A stretch of 64,000 nucleotides of DNA from assembly GCA_963745025.1 (NCBI GenBank), contig CAVUWD010000016.1, positions 128,001 through 192,000 on the forward strand, written 5' to 3'. Position 1 is the stretch's first letter; each line of letters opens with the position of its first letter. The stretch is from an uncultured delta proteobacterium (lineage in GTDB: Bacteria; Desulfobacterota; Binatia; JACPRU01). Positions 19,009-30,890 of the stretch are shown here, piece after piece. The notes beneath the pieces were generated by a model. It did not search any database, had not been told where the DNA came from, and saw nothing but the letters and a program-made list of their open reading frames with translations. Position numbers and translations under genes: made by a program.

Positions 19009-20764
19009 CCCGAACCGCCGCATGGGGCAGGCGATCGCCGAGGAGCTCGAGCGCTCGGGGGTCGTCAGCGCCTGCATCTCCCCGGGTTCGCGATCCACCC
19101 CGCTGGCGCTCGCCCTCGACGCCGCTCCCGGTATCCGAGTGTTCGTCGTGACCGACGAGCGATCGAGCGGCTTCTTTGCTCTCGGGCTCGCCCGCGAGGA
19201 GCGCCGACCGGTGGCGCTGCTCTGCACGTCGGGGACGGCGGCGGCGAACTATCTCCCGGCGATCGTCGAAGCGTCGCTCGCCCGGGTCCCGCTGATCGTG
19301 CTCACCGCCGATCGGCCGCCGGAGCTTCGCGACTGCGGCGCGCCGCAGACGATCGCTCAGGCGAGCCTGTTCGCCGGACACGTGCGCTGGAGCTTCGACG
19401 TGCCGGCTCCGACCGCGGGCGTCGATCTGGATCGTCTCTACCGCACGCTGGCGTGCCGCGCGGTCGCGGCGGCGCTGGAGTGGCCGGGCGGTCCCGTCCA
19501 TCTCAACCTGCCGATGCGCGAGCCGCTCCTCGACGTGGAAGAGGAAGTCACGATCGTCGCCGTGGAGCGGGGCGCCGCGGAGGCTCGACCGTTCACGACC
19601 GTGCACGCGGCGCGTGCGGTGACCGCGCCGCAGACGCTCGAGCGGTTGGCGCGGACGCTCGAGGAACGAGAGCGCGGGCTGATCGTCGGCGGCCCCGGCA
19701 CCGACGCTGCGGCGGCCGGTGAGATCGCGCTCCTCGCGCGGGCTCTCCGCTGGCCGATTCTCGCGGACCCGCTCTCGGGGCTGCGCTTCGGCTCGCACGA
19801 TCGCTCCGCGCTCGCCGATAGCTACGACGTCTTGCTGCGCGACCGCGAGTTCGCCGCAGCGCACGCTCCGGACGCGATCCTGCAGATCGGCTCGCTTCCC
19901 GCCTCCAAGCCGCTCGCGCAATTCCTCGGGGAGGCGCCCCGCAGCTGCCATGTGATGGTGGCGGCGCCCGGCAGCTGGCCCGATCCGCTTCACCGCGCGA
20001 CCGACGTCGTGCGCGCCGCTCCGCAGGAGCTCTGTGCGGCGCTCGCCGCGCGGCTCCCGGCGCGGCCGTCGACCTCTCCCTGGCTCGACGATTGGCTCGA
20101 GAGCTCCGTGGCGTTGAGAGCCGCGCTCGACGACGAGGTCGCGGCCGTCGACGAGGTGCTCGAGGGAAAGCTCTTCCCGCTGCTTTGCGACCGCCTGCCG
20201 GGGGAAAGCCTCGTGGTGTTGGGCAACAGCATGCCCGTGCGTGACGCCGACACCTTTCTCGGCTCGAGCGATCGCGCGCTTCGCTTTTGCGGCAATCGCG
20301 GCGCGAGCGGCATCGACGGCGTGACGTCCAGCGCGCTCGGGGCGGCGGCGGCGCGACGCGAGCCGACCGTCCTCGTGGTCGGCGACCTGAGCTTCCTCCA
20401 CGACCTCGGCGCGCTGCAGATCGCCGCGCGCTATGCGGTCCCGCTCCTCATCGTCGCGGTTCACAACGACGGCGGGGGCATCTTTTCGTTCTTGCCGCAG
20501 GCTCGGCTCGACGGTCCCTTCGAGGCGCTCTTCGGGACCCCGCACGGGCTCGAGCTGGAGCCCGCGGTCCGCATGTGCGGAGGACGTCACGTGCGGGTCG
20601 CCTCATGGCGGGGATTCGCGGCCGCGATCGACGCGGCGCTCGGCGAGCGCGAACTCTCCGTGGTCGAGCTCGCGAGTGACCGTGCGCGGAACCACACGCT
20701 CCGCGAACGGACGATCGCGGCGGCGCTCGCGCGCTGGCGGCGTCGCCGGGAGTACGCGGCGTGA
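18992..20764 (+). CDS. menD: SEPHCHC synthase
   Basis: SPGSRSTPL, DERS, CTSGTAAAN, NRGASGIDG, GDLSFLHD, NDGGGIF. Confidence 0.95.
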   Translation: MSTLRNPNRRMGQAIAEELERSGVVSACISPGSRSTPLALALDAAPGIRVFVVTDERSSGFFALGLAREERRPVALLCTSGTAAANYLPAIVEASLARVPLIVLTADRPPELRDCGAPQTIAQASLFAGHVRWSFDVPAPTAGVDLDRLYRTLACRAVAAALEWPGGPVHLNLPMREPLLDVEEEVTIVAVERGAAEARPFTTVHAARAVTAPQTLERLARTLEERERGLIVGGPGTDAAAAGEIALLARALRWPILADPLSGLRFGSHDRSALADSYDVLLRDREFAAAHAPDAILQIGSLPASKPLAQFLGEAPRSCHVMVAAPGSWPDPLHRATDVVRAAPQELCAALAARLPARPSTSPWLDDWLESSVALRAALDDEVAAVDEVLEGKLFPLLCDRLPGESLVVLGNSMPVRDADTFLGSSDRALRFCGNRGASGIDGVTSSALGAAAARREPTVLVVGDLSFLHDLGALQIAARYAVPLLIVAVHNDGGGIFSFLPQARLDGPFEALFGTPHGLELEPAVRMCGGRHVRVASWRGFAAAIDAALGERELSVVELASDRARNHTLRERTIAAALARWRRRREYAA

Positions 20765-21720
20765 TCCGGCGGCTTCAGGTTCGCGGCCGCACCGTCGAAC
20801 TCGCCGACGAAGGGGCGAGCGGCGCTCCTGCCGTCGTCCTTCTCCACGGCTTCACCGGCAGCAAGAACAGCTGGCGGACGCTCCGCCGGGAGTTGCGGGG
20901 ACGATACCACGTGGTGGCGATCGACCTTCCCGGGCATGGCGGCACGCCGGCCGCGCGCGATCGGCACGCCGACTCGCTCTGGCGCGCCGCCGATCTCGTC
21001 GTCCGAGCGCTTCAGGCAATCGCGGTCGAGCGGTTCTCGCTGGTCGGTTACTCGATGGGCGGACGGCTCGCGCTCGGGCTTGCGCTCGCGCATCCGCAGC
21101 GCGTCGAGCGCCTTCTCCTGGAGAGCGCGTCCCCGGGTCTCGCGGGGGCGGAGGAGCGCGCCGTGCGGCGTGACGCCGACGAGGGGCTCGCCCGTCTGCT
21201 CGATCGCGAAGGCATCTCGAGCTTCGTCCGGTCCTGGGAGCGGATGCCGCTCTTCGCAACCTTCGCGCGGCTGCCCGATGCCGTTCGCACGGACCTTCGG
21301 CGCCAGCGGCTCGCCTGCTCGCCGCGTGGCCTCGCCGCGTGTTTACGCGCGCTCGGTACCGGGAGCCAGCCCTGGCTCGGCAACCGGCTGAGCGAGCTCT
21401 CGCTCCCGGTGACGATCGTGGTCGGCAGCCGCGACGATAAGTTCCGCGCGATCGGCGCCTGGATGCGGAGCCGACTGCTCGCCGCGCGGCTCGAGATTGT
21501 GCCCGCCGCAGGGCACGCGCCACACCTCGAACGCCCGCAGCGGTACGGCGCGATCGTCGCGCAGTTCCTGAGCGTGGGCGATTCGGCAAAGGAGGACAAT
21601 CGATGCGCTGGGAAACGGTTCGTGAGTACGAGGACATCACCTTTCGGCGTGCCGAAGGCATCGCTCGGATCGCGATCAACCGCCCGGAGGTGCGCAATGC
21701 CTTCCGGCCGCAGACGGTGA
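20761..21720 (+). CDS. menH: SHCHC synthase (alpha/beta hydrolase)
   Basis: LHGFTG, GYSMGGR, ESASPG, AGHAPH; C-terminus overlaps menB. Confidence 0.9.
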   Translation: MIRRLQVRGRTVELADEGASGAPAVVLLHGFTGSKNSWRTLRRELRGRYHVVAIDLPGHGGTPAARDRHADSLWRAADLVVRALQAIAVERFSLVGYSMGGRLALGLALAHPQRVERLLLESASPGLAGAEERAVRRDADEGLARLLDREGISSFVRSWERMPLFATFARLPDAVRTDLRRQRLACSPRGLAACLRALGTGSQPWLGNRLSELSLPVTIVVGSRDDKFRAIGAWMRSRLLAARLEIVPAAGHAPHLERPQRYGAIVAQFLSVGDSAKEDNRCAGKRFVSTRTSPFGVPKASLGSRSTARRCAMPSGRRR

Positions 21721-22415
21721 CGGAGCTGATCGACGCGTTCGCGCGCGCGCGAGAGGACTCTTCCGTCGGTGTGGTGATCCTGACGGGCGAGGGCAGCGAG
21801 GCCTTCTGCAGCGGTGGCGATCAACGCGTGCGGGGCGAAGCGGGATACGTCGGCGGGGATGGCGTGCCGCGGCTGAACGTCCTCGATCTGCAGAAGGCGA
21901 TCCGCAGCCTGCCGAAGCCGGTGATCGCCATGGTCGCCGGCTATGCGATCGGTGGCGGCCACGTGCTCCACGTCGTCTGCGACCTGACGATCGCCGCCGA
22001 CAATGCGGTGTTCGGTCAAACCGGCCCGCGCGTCGGCAGCTTCGACGGGGGGTTCGGCGCGGGTCAGCTGGCGCGACTCGTCGGCCAGAAAAAGGCGCGC
22101 GAGGTGTGGTACCTCTGCCGCCGGTACGATGCGCGCAAGGCGTTGGCCATGGGCCTGGTGAACGAGGTCGTTCCGCTCGCGGAGCTCGAAGAGACGACGG
22201 TGGGCTGGTGCCGCGAAATTCTCGCGCAGAGTCCGATGGCGCTCCGCTGCTTGAAATCGGCGTTCAACGCCGAGCTCGACGGCATGGCCGGCATCCAGGA
22301 ACTCGCTGGCAACGCCACGTTGCTCTTTTACATGACCGAAGAGGGGCAGGAGGGACGCAACGCGTTTCTCGAGAAGCGAGAGCCCGACTTCCAGCGGTTT
22401 CCACGACTTCCCTGA
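21603..22415 (+). CDS. menB: 1,4-dihydroxy-2-naphthoyl-CoA synthase
   Basis: RNAFRP, FCSGGDQ, GYAIGGG, VGSFDGG; AAGGAGG RBS. Confidence 0.97.
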   Translation: MRWETVREYEDITFRRAEGIARIAINRPEVRNAFRPQTVTELIDAFARAREDSSVGVVILTGEGSEAFCSGGDQRVRGEAGYVGGDGVPRLNVLDLQKAIRSLPKPVIAMVAGYAIGGGHVLHVVCDLTIAADNAVFGQTGPRVGSFDGGFGAGQLARLVGQKKAREVWYLCRRYDARKALAMGLVNEVVPLAELEETTVGWCREILAQSPMALRCLKSAFNAELDGMAGIQELAGNATLLFYMTEEGQEGRNAFLEKREPDFQRFPRLP

Positions 22416-22428
22416 AGCGCTCTGCGCC

Positions 22429-23298
22429 GTGCCGACTCCACTCGTCGCCTGGCTCGCCGCCGCCCGCCCGCGGACGCTCTCCGCGGCGCTCGCTCCCGTG
22501 GCCGTCGGCCTCGCGGTGGCGATGCGGGAGCACCCGATGGATTGGCTGACAGCCGCTGCCACGCTGGTCGCGGCGCTGCTCATCCAGGTCGGCACGAACC
22601 TCGCGAACGACTACTACGACTTCGTGAACGGCGCCGACACGCCGGATCGGCTCGGACCGTCTCGCATCACTCAAGCCGGTCTCGCCTCGCCGGCGGCCGT
22701 GCGGCGTGCGGCACTCACGGTCCTCGCGCTCGCCGGCGGAGTCGGCGTCTATCTGGTGGAGATCGGCGGCTGGCCGATCCTGACGATCGGCGTGCTGTCG
22801 CTGATGTCCGCGCTCGCCTACACCGGCGGGCCGTGGCCACTCGCCTCCCATGGGCTCGGCGAGGTGTTCGTCTTCCTTTTCTTCGGCGTAATCGCCGTCA
22901 ACGGCACCGTCTGGCTGCAGACGGGGGAGGCCTCGATGCTCGCGCTCTTCGCCTCGTTGCCCGTGGCCTGCCTGGCGACGGCGATCCTGGTGATCAACAA
23001 CCTCCGCGACATCCCGACCGATGCCCGCGCCGGCAAGCGAACGCTCGCGGTGCGGCTCGGCGCCACGGCGACGCGCGGCGAATACCTGCTGCTCGTCACG
23101 GCCGCGTTTCTCTGCGCGATGCTGCTGTCGCGGCTCGCCGGACCACGCGTGCTGCTGACGCTCGGCGCGCTGCCGCTCGCCCTCGTCGAAGCCCGGGCGC
23201 TCCCGCGGCGCACGGGAGCGGAGCTCAACCGGAGCCTCGCCGGAACCGCGCGCCTGCATCTGGTCTTCGGCGTGCTGCTGGCGATCGGTCTCGCATGA
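22429..23298 (+). CDS. menA: DHNA polyprenyltransferase
   Basis: AARPRTL, NLANDYYD, NNLRDIPTD..GKRTLAVRLG. Confidence 0.94.
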   Translation: MPTPLVAWLAAARPRTLSAALAPVAVGLAVAMREHPMDWLTAAATLVAALLIQVGTNLANDYYDFVNGADTPDRLGPSRITQAGLASPAAVRRAALTVLALAGGVGVYLVEIGGWPILTIGVLSLMSALAYTGGPWPLASHGLGEVFVFLFFGVIAVNGTVWLQTGEASMLALFASLPVACLATAILVINNLRDIPTDARAGKRTLAVRLGATATRGEYLLLVTAAFLCAMLLSRLAGPRVLLTLGALPLALVEARALPRRTGAELNRSLAGTARLHLVFGVLLAIGLA

Positions 23299-24353
23299 AC
23301 GTCGTTCGCGCGGAGTTCGCGCCGTTCTCGCTGCCGCTTCGCCGTCCGCTGGTGACCGCGCAAGGCTCGATCTCGCGGCGCGCGGGATTCTTGCTGCGCC
23401 TTCACGCAGAGGGCGGGCTCGTGGGAGTCGGGGAGGCGAGCCCGGCGTTCTGGCTCGGTGGAGAGCAGCTCGAGGAGACCGAGCGGTCGCTCCGCGAGAT
23501 CGTTCGCCGCGCGCGATTCCGCTCCGCCGGCGTGCTCGCATCGGATGCTGCACGCGCTGCGGCGTGCGCTCTGGAAACCGCCCTTCTGGATCTCGACGCC
23601 CGCGCCTCGGGAGTATCCGCGGCCGCGCGGCTCGGTGGAGGGACGCTACAGCCGATTCGCCAGAGCGCGCTGCTCGTCGAGTCCGGTCTCGAGGGCCTCG
23701 CGCAGGAGGTCGACCGGGCGCTGGCAGAGGGCGTGCGCTCGCTCAAGCTCAAGGTAGGCGGCTCGCGGAGCGAGGATCTCCGGCGGCTCGAGCGGGTTCG
23801 CCGGCACGGGGGACCGGCGGTGGCGATCGCGCTCGACGCCAACCGCGCCTGGGGCTTCGACGACGCGCGTGCGGCGCTCGAGGGATTCGCGCCATTCGCG
23901 CCCGCGTTCGTCGAAGAGCCGCTACGTTCCGACGATCTCGGCGATCTCGCCCGCCTGCGGGCGGCGACAGGCGTGCCGATTGCCGTGGACGAGTCGCTTC
24001 GAGACCTCGAAGACTTGGAGCGCGTCGCCGCAGCGCGTGCTGCCGACGTCGTGGTGCTGAAGCTCGCCCGCCTCGGCGGTCCGCGCCCGCTGATGACGAT
24101 GGCCGGCCGAGCGCGAGTCGCCGGCCTGCGCGTCGTTCTCACCGACTCGATCGACACCGCAATCGGCCGGAGTGCCGTGGCGCACGTGGCGTGCGCGCTG
24201 TCGATTGCGGAAGTCGGTCTTGGCGGCGCCCGGCTGCTCGCCGAGGACGTGGACGGCGGCGGCCCGAGCGGCGCGGCGATCGAGCCGCGCGGTCCGGGTC
24301 TCGGTGTCACGCTCGATCCAGGCTTCGAGAGGAGCCTCGATTGGCATGCCTGA
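23295..24353 (+). CDS. menC: o-succinylbenzoate synthase
   Basis: Enolase superfamily: KLKVG, LDANRAW, EEP, DES; ATGA overlap with menA. Confidence 0.88.
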   Translation: MNVVRAEFAPFSLPLRRPLVTAQGSISRRAGFLLRLHAEGGLVGVGEASPAFWLGGEQLEETERSLREIVRRARFRSAGVLASDAARAAACALETALLDLDARASGVSAAARLGGGTLQPIRQSALLVESGLEGLAQEVDRALAEGVRSLKLKVGGSRSEDLRRLERVRRHGGPAVAIALDANRAWGFDDARAALEGFAPFAPAFVEEPLRSDDLGDLARLRAATGVPIAVDESLRDLEDLERVAAARAADVVVLKLARLGGPRPLMTMAGRARVAGLRVVLTDSIDTAIGRSAVAHVACALSIAEVGLGGARLLAEDVDGGGPSGAAIEPRGPGLGVTLDPGFERSLDWHA

Positions 24354-25884
24354 GCCGCTCCTCGACCCGGCGATTCCCTGGCTCTTCGCGCGTGCCCAAA
24401 GCGATCCTCGTGCGCTCGCGATTCGCTGCGACGGCGGGGAGATCTCCTTCGCCGAGCTCGCCGCTCGTTCCGAAGCCGTCGCCCGCCGGCTGCGGACCCT
24501 CGGCGTCGAGCCGGAGGATCGCGTGGCGGCTCTCGTCGGCTCCTCGGTGCGCTTCGTCGAGCTCGTTCATGCCGTGCAACGCTTGGGCGCGGCTCTCGTG
24601 CCACTCAACACTCGGTTGACGACGGCCGAGATCCTCGCGCTCCTCGACGATTGTCGGCCGAGGCTCCTGATCGTCGATCCGCAATCGACGGCGCTCGCCT
24701 CGGAGGTTGCGCTGCGGCGTTCGGGGACTCGCACGATCGAGGCGGGAGTCGGGATCGATCGCGTCTCTCCCTCGCGCGAGCTGCCCGAGGCGCGCCTCGG
24801 TGCGCATTCGATTTGCACGATCGTCTACACTTCGGGCACCACCGGCAAGGCGAAAGGAGCGATGCTGACGCATGCCAATCACTTCGCGTCCGCATCGGCC
24901 TCGCGCGCCAATCTCACTCTGCGTCCCGGCGATCGCTGGCTCGCCGTGCTGCCACTCCATCACGTGGGCGGGCTGTCGATTCTGCTGCGCAGCGTGATCG
25001 ACGGCAGCGCCGTCGTGCTCCACCGCGGCTTCGACGCGGGGCGGGTGGAACGCGCGATTCACGAGCAAGGGATCACGCTGCTCTCGCTCGTGGGGACGAC
25101 GCTCCGGCGCCTGCTCGACCATTCGGCAGGCAGGCGGTACCCGCGATCGCTCCGGGCGGTCCTGGTCGGCGGCGGGGCGACTCCGCCGGAGCTCTTGGAG
25201 CGGGCTCGGGCGCTCGGCCTTCCGGCGCTCGCGACCTATGGCCTCACCGAGGCGGCTTCGCAGGTCACGACCGAGCCCCTCGGAGGGGATCGCGATGCGG
25301 CGGGAAGCGCGGGGCGAGCGTTGGTGGGAACGCGCGTGGCGATCGCCGATCCCGACGTGCACGGCGATGGCGAGATCCTCGTCGCGGGACCGACGGTGAT
25401 GGCGGGCTACCTCGGTCGCAGCGAGGAGACCGAGCGCCCGCTTCGGGGCGGATGGTTGCACACGGGGGACGTCGGCCGGCTCGACGCGTCCGGGCGCCTG
25501 TACGTTCACGATCGGCGGAGCGATCTCATCGTCAGTGGCGGCGAGAACGTCTATCCCACGGAGATCGAGGTCGTGCTGCTCGGCCATCCGGACGTGAGCG
25601 AGGCCGCGGTCTATGCCGTGCCGGATCCGGAGTGGGGACAGCGTGTCGGCGCGGCGGTGGTGCTACGAGCGGGGCGTCATCTCGACAGCGGTGAGCTTCG
25701 GGAGTGGTGCGCGGCTCGGCTGGCACGCTTCAAGCTCCCCCGGACGATTCGCTTCGTCGACTCGCTGCCACGCACGGCGTCGGGAAAGGTGAAGCGTCAC
25801 GAGGTCGCTCGGTCCGGAACCCGTAACGACAATTCGAACAGGCTGCCGCCGTCGACGTTGAGCGAGCGGCCCTCGAAGCGCTAA
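24346..25884 (+). CDS. menE: o-succinylbenzoate-CoA ligase
   Basis: YTSGTTGKAKG, TYGLTEAASQ, HTGD, SGGENVYP. Confidence 0.92.
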   Translation: MPEPLLDPAIPWLFARAQSDPRALAIRCDGGEISFAELAARSEAVARRLRTLGVEPEDRVAALVGSSVRFVELVHAVQRLGAALVPLNTRLTTAEILALLDDCRPRLLIVDPQSTALASEVALRRSGTRTIEAGVGIDRVSPSRELPEARLGAHSICTIVYTSGTTGKAKGAMLTHANHFASASASRANLTLRPGDRWLAVLPLHHVGGLSILLRSVIDGSAVVLHRGFDAGRVERAIHEQGITLLSLVGTTLRRLLDHSAGRRYPRSLRAVLVGGGATPPELLERARALGLPALATYGLTEAASQVTTEPLGGDRDAAGSAGRALVGTRVAIADPDVHGDGEILVAGPTVMAGYLGRSEETERPLRGGWLHTGDVGRLDASGRLYVHDRRSDLIVSGGENVYPTEIEVVLLGHPDVSEAAVYAVPDPEWGQRVGAAVVLRAGRHLDSGELREWCAARLARFKLPRTIRFVDSLPRTASGKVKRHEVARSGTRNDNSNRLPPSTLSERPSKR

Positions 25885-25893
25885 GAGAGTGCC

Positions 25894-27276
25894 GTGGATC
25901 CTCTGTCACTGACCCTGGCGCTCGCGCTCGGGGCTGTGGCCGCGGTGCTCGTCGGGCTGGCGCTGCGCGCGGCCGGATCGGGCGCCGGGCCCGCGGCGAT
26001 CGCCGAGCTCCGTGTGCGGCTCGAGGAGCGCTCGGCACGCGCCGCCGCGCTCGAGACCGAGTGCGCCGAAGCGCAGCGGAGAATCACCGAGCTCGCCGCC
26101 GCCAAGGAAAGGCTTTCCGCCGAGCTCGAGCACGAGCGGCGAACGGGTCTTGAGAAGCTCGCGCTGCTTGCGGACGCCGAGATGAAGCTTCGCGAAGCCT
26201 TCCAGAGCCTTTCGGCCGAGGCCCTTCGCCAGAACAATCAGTCGTTTCTCGATCTCGCCAGGACGTCGCTCGGCGAATTCCAGAAGAGCGCCGTCGCCGA
26301 GCTCGAGGGCCGCCGGCAGGCGATCGGCGAGCTCGTCAAGCCGGTTCGCGAGTCGCTCGACAAGGTCGACTCGAAGCTCCAGGCCGTCGAACGAGAGCGC
26401 CTGGGGGCCTATGCGTCGCTCAGCGAGCAAGTGAAGTCGCTCGCTCAGACCCAGCAGCAGCTGCACTCGGAGACGGCGAAGCTCGTGCGCGCCCTGCGCA
26501 CGCCCGCCGTGCGGGGGCGCTGGGGAGAGATCCAGCTGAAGCGGGTCGTCGAGCTCGCGGGCATGGTCGATCACTGCGACTTCTACGAGCAGCAGAGCGT
26601 GACGACGGAGGACGGTCGCCTGCGCCCCGACCTTCTCGTCAAGCTGCCCGGCGGTCGAAACATCATCGTCGACGCCAAGGCGCCCCTCGGCGCCTACCTG
26701 GAGGCCTTCGAGGCAAGCGACGAGGCGCTGTGCGAGGTGATGCTCCGCGACCACGCGCGCCAGGTCCGCGATCACATGACGAAGCTCGGCACCAAAGCCT
26801 ATTCCGCCCAGTTCGAGCCGGCGCCCGAGTTCGTCGTCATGTTCTTGCCAGGCGAGACCTTCTTCGCCGCGGCGCTGCAGCACGACCCCGAGCTCATCGA
26901 GTTCGGCGTCGACAAGCGCGTCATCCCCGCGAGCCCGACGACGCTCATCGCACTACTGCGAGCCGTTGCCTACGGCTGGCGCCAGGAGCAGCTCGCGGAG
27001 AACGCTCAGGCGATCAGCGAGCTCGGCCGGGAGCTCTACGACCGGCTTCGTTCCATGGCGGAGCACTTCGTACGACTCGGCGGTCAGCTCGACAGGGCGG
27101 TGTCGGCATACAACGACGCCATCGGGTCGATCGAGCGCCGAGTGCTCGTCACCGCCCGCCGCTTGAAGGATCAAGGAGCGGGGACGGCCGACGAGATCCC
27201 CGTGCTCGACGCGCTCGACCGATCGGCGCGCGTTCTCCAACCGGCGCTCCCAGAAGGGGAGAGCGAAGAGTCCTGA
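25894..27276 (+). CDS. rmuC: DNA recombination protein RmuC
   Basis: RGRWGEIQL, RPD, IVDAK, PEFVVMFLPGE, SPTTLIALL. Confidence 0.94.
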   Translation: MDPLSLTLALALGAVAAVLVGLALRAAGSGAGPAAIAELRVRLEERSARAAALETECAEAQRRITELAAAKERLSAELEHERRTGLEKLALLADAEMKLREAFQSLSAEALRQNNQSFLDLARTSLGEFQKSAVAELEGRRQAIGELVKPVRESLDKVDSKLQAVERERLGAYASLSEQVKSLAQTQQQLHSETAKLVRALRTPAVRGRWGEIQLKRVVELAGMVDHCDFYEQQSVTTEDGRLRPDLLVKLPGGRNIIVDAKAPLGAYLEAFEASDEALCEVMLRDHARQVRDHMTKLGTKAYSAQFEPAPEFVVMFLPGETFFAAALQHDPELIEFGVDKRVIPASPTTLIALLRAVAYGWRQEQLAENAQAISELGRELYDRLRSMAEHFVRLGGQLDRAVSAYNDAIGSIERRVLVTARRLKDQGAGTADEIPVLDALDRSARVLQPALPEGESEES

Positions 27277-27465
27277 ATGCCGACGCTCCATGCTCGTGCT
27301 CGCTGCGGCGAAGGTCACTCCGTGCTGCGAGCGCCAGGGCGATCGCCGCGACGGCCCGCGTGTTCTTCGTTGAAGAGCCCGAATTGTCGATTGAATTGAT
27401 CCTCGATTTCACGAGACGCCGCGCTTCGACTTGACTCTCAATTGCGGCGGACGCACGTTCGTGGC

Positions 27466-28041
27466 GTGAAGCGGCTCGTCGCGAGCACCGTGCTTGGGTT
27501 GATCGCCATCGCGGCGGTGGCTGCGGCGGACGCGATTCAGAAGTGGCGGACGCCCGAGGGGTCTTTGTATTTCGGCGATCGCCCCCCCGCCGGCAGCACC
27601 CTCCTCGACACCTATGCGGATACGCCTGCGCCGCCCGCGACGGTCGTCTCGTCCGACGTTGCCAGCCTGTCGCAGGCGGCCGCCGATGGTCGTGAGATCA
27701 TCCGTCGCCGCGAGGCGTCGCGGGAGGCGGAGCGACAGGCCGACGCGGCGCGGGAAGCGCGGATGGCAGAGATCGCCGCCATGCAGGTCGGCGAATACGT
27801 CCCCGCACCGTCTTGGTTCATCACCAGTACGGTTCCCCCATGCCGCTTTGGTGAGCCTTGCGCGCACGAGGACGTTCGAACCCACCGCCATCAGGGTCCG
27901 CACCACGGTACTGTCGGTGGCTTCGTCCTCGACCACTTCGCCACCGCAGCGGTTCCGCCGTTTCGTCCCGCGCCAGCTCCGCCGCCTCGGACCGCCCGCG
28001 GGTCGTTTCAGATGTCGCCGCGGCTTGGCGGAGCGCACTGA
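27466..28041 (+). CDS. DUF4124-like exported protein
   Basis: Signal peptide then IQKWRTPEGSLYFGDRPP. Confidence 0.7.
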   Translation: MKRLVASTVLGLIAIAAVAAADAIQKWRTPEGSLYFGDRPPAGSTLLDTYADTPAPPATVVSSDVASLSQAAADGREIIRRREASREAERQADAAREARMAEIAAMQVGEYVPAPSWFITSTVPPCRFGEPCAHEDVRTHRHQGPHHGTVGGFVLDHFATAAVPPFRPAPAPPPRTARGSFQMSPRLGGAH

Positions 28042-28070
28042 GCTGAGGCTGGAAGCGGAAGTACCTCTGA

Positions 28071-28094
28071 CCTCTCCCCGTCGTCGGGGAAAGG
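28071..28094. terminator. Hairpin between convergent genes (REP-like / terminator)
   Basis: CCTCTCCCCG-TCGT-CGGGGAAAGG. Confidence 0.45.
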
Positions 28095-28113
28095 GGATTC
28101 ATGACTGCTTGTC

Positions 28114-28743
28114 CTATTTCCCGTTGAGACCGAGGGCGACGCGGATCGATTCGATCGACCGCTCCTTCCAGTACCGGCCATGGTTCGTCGTGGTCATGAA
28201 GGAGCGCCGCTCCATGCGGTCGATGTAGAGGCAGCCGTTCAAGTGGTCGATCTCGTGCTGGAGGATTCGGGCGTGCCAGCCGTGCGCCTCGATCACCACG
28301 GGCTCGGCACGCTCGTTCAGGCACTCCACGCGCACGGCTCGGGCGCGAGCCACGAGGGCAGTGAACCCGGCCACGCTGAGGCATCCCTCGAAGAATTCCA
28401 CCCGCTCTTCGGCGATGACGGACAGCCTCGGGTTGATGAGAACGCAGAACGGAACGACCGCGCGCTCACGCTCCGCGATCCAGACCGGATCGGCGCCGTG
28501 CACGTATTCGGCGCGGTCCTCGATGACGGCGAGCTGCAGCGACTCACCGATTTGCGGCGCCGCGAGACCGACGCCCGGAGCATCGCGCATCGTGTCGCGC
28601 ATCCGCTCGATGAGGTCCTGGATTCTCGGGCTGCCGATCTCATCGGTTGAAACCTCCCGCGCCCCCACCCGCAATACGGGCTCGCCAACCTGAAGAATCT
28701 TCAGCCGGAGGGCCGAATGCGCGTCCGAGGGTTCGTTGGCCAT
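28114..28743 (-). CDS. def: Peptide deformylase
   Basis: [22 protein letters not shown]. Confidence 0.96.
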   Translation of the reverse strand: MANEPSDAHSALRLKILQVGEPVLRVGAREVSTDEIGSPRIQDLIERMRDTMRDAPGVGLAAPQIGESLQLAVIEDRAEYVHGADPVWIAERERAVVPFCVLINPRLSVIAEERVEFFEGCLSVAGFTALVARARAVRVECLNERAEPVVIEAHGWHARILQHEIDHLNGCLYIDRMERRSFMTTTNHGRYWKERSIESIRVALGLNGK

Positions 28744-28772
28744 CGCGGTCGTCTAGTCGGGCCGGGGCCAGG

Positions 28773-28824
28773 TTGACAAGTCACGGCGAGGATATAGTAT
28801 TTGAAACAGTACCGCTTAGGTACT
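28773..28824 (+). promoter_or_regulatory. Sigma70 promoter and palindromic operator upstream of the suf operon
   Basis: TTGACA-16nt-TAGTAT followed by AGTACC-GCTTA-GGTACT. Confidence 0.6.
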
Positions 28825-28844
28825 CTTTAAGCCGAGGCTGCGAC

Positions 28845-29315
28845 GTGATCCGCATAACCAAACTCACCGATTACGGGATCGTGCTGCTCACGCACTTCGC
28901 GCGCCATCCCGAGCGGCTGACGCGCAACGCGCCGGAGATCGCGGCGGCGGCACGCCTGCCGCTACCGACCGTGAGCAAGATCCTGAAGATTCTCGCTCGC
29001 GAGGGGCTTCTGGTGCCGCACCGCGGCGCCAAGGGTGGATTCAGCCTCGCCCGTTCCCCGCGAGACATCACAGTGGCCGATATCATCAGCGCGTTCGAGG
29101 GGCCGATTGCGCTCACCGAATGTAACACCCATGGCGCGGACCGATGCGGCATCGAGTCGCTCTGCCCGGTGAGCACGAACTGGCAGCGTATCAACCGCGC
29201 CGTGCTGGACGCGCTCAGCGGGGTCACGCTCGCGGAGATGGCCTCGCCGCGCCCGGCTCTGCCCCCCCTGCTCGCGTCGCGGGGCTCCCGCGCCGAGGCG
29301 CGAACAGGATCCTAA
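28845..29315 (+). CDS. Rrf2-family SUF Fe-S regulator
   Basis: [23 protein letters not shown], three Cys (EC...RC.....CP). Confidence 0.92.
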   Translation: MIRITKLTDYGIVLLTHFARHPERLTRNAPEIAAAARLPLPTVSKILKILAREGLLVPHRGAKGGFSLARSPRDITVADIISAFEGPIALTECNTHGADRCGIESLCPVSTNWQRINRAVLDALSGVTLAEMASPRPALPPLLASRGSRAEARTGS

Positions 29316-29332
29316 CCGCGTTGGAGACGCTC

Positions 29333-30790
<1,458 letters not shown>

Positions 30791-30795
30791 TGGAA

Positions 30796-30879
30796 CGGCT
30801 ACCGGCTACCGCCTTCCGACTACCGCAAAAGACCCCAAGAAGGCTTTGCCGGTAGTCGGTAGCCGGAAGCCGGAAGCCG
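30796..30879. repeat. Heptamer-armed palindrome, copy 1
   Basis: (CGGCTAC)-like units, a spacer, then (GTAGCCG/GAAGCCG)-like units. Confidence 0.8.
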
Positions 30880-30890
30880 AAGGGAGTCGA

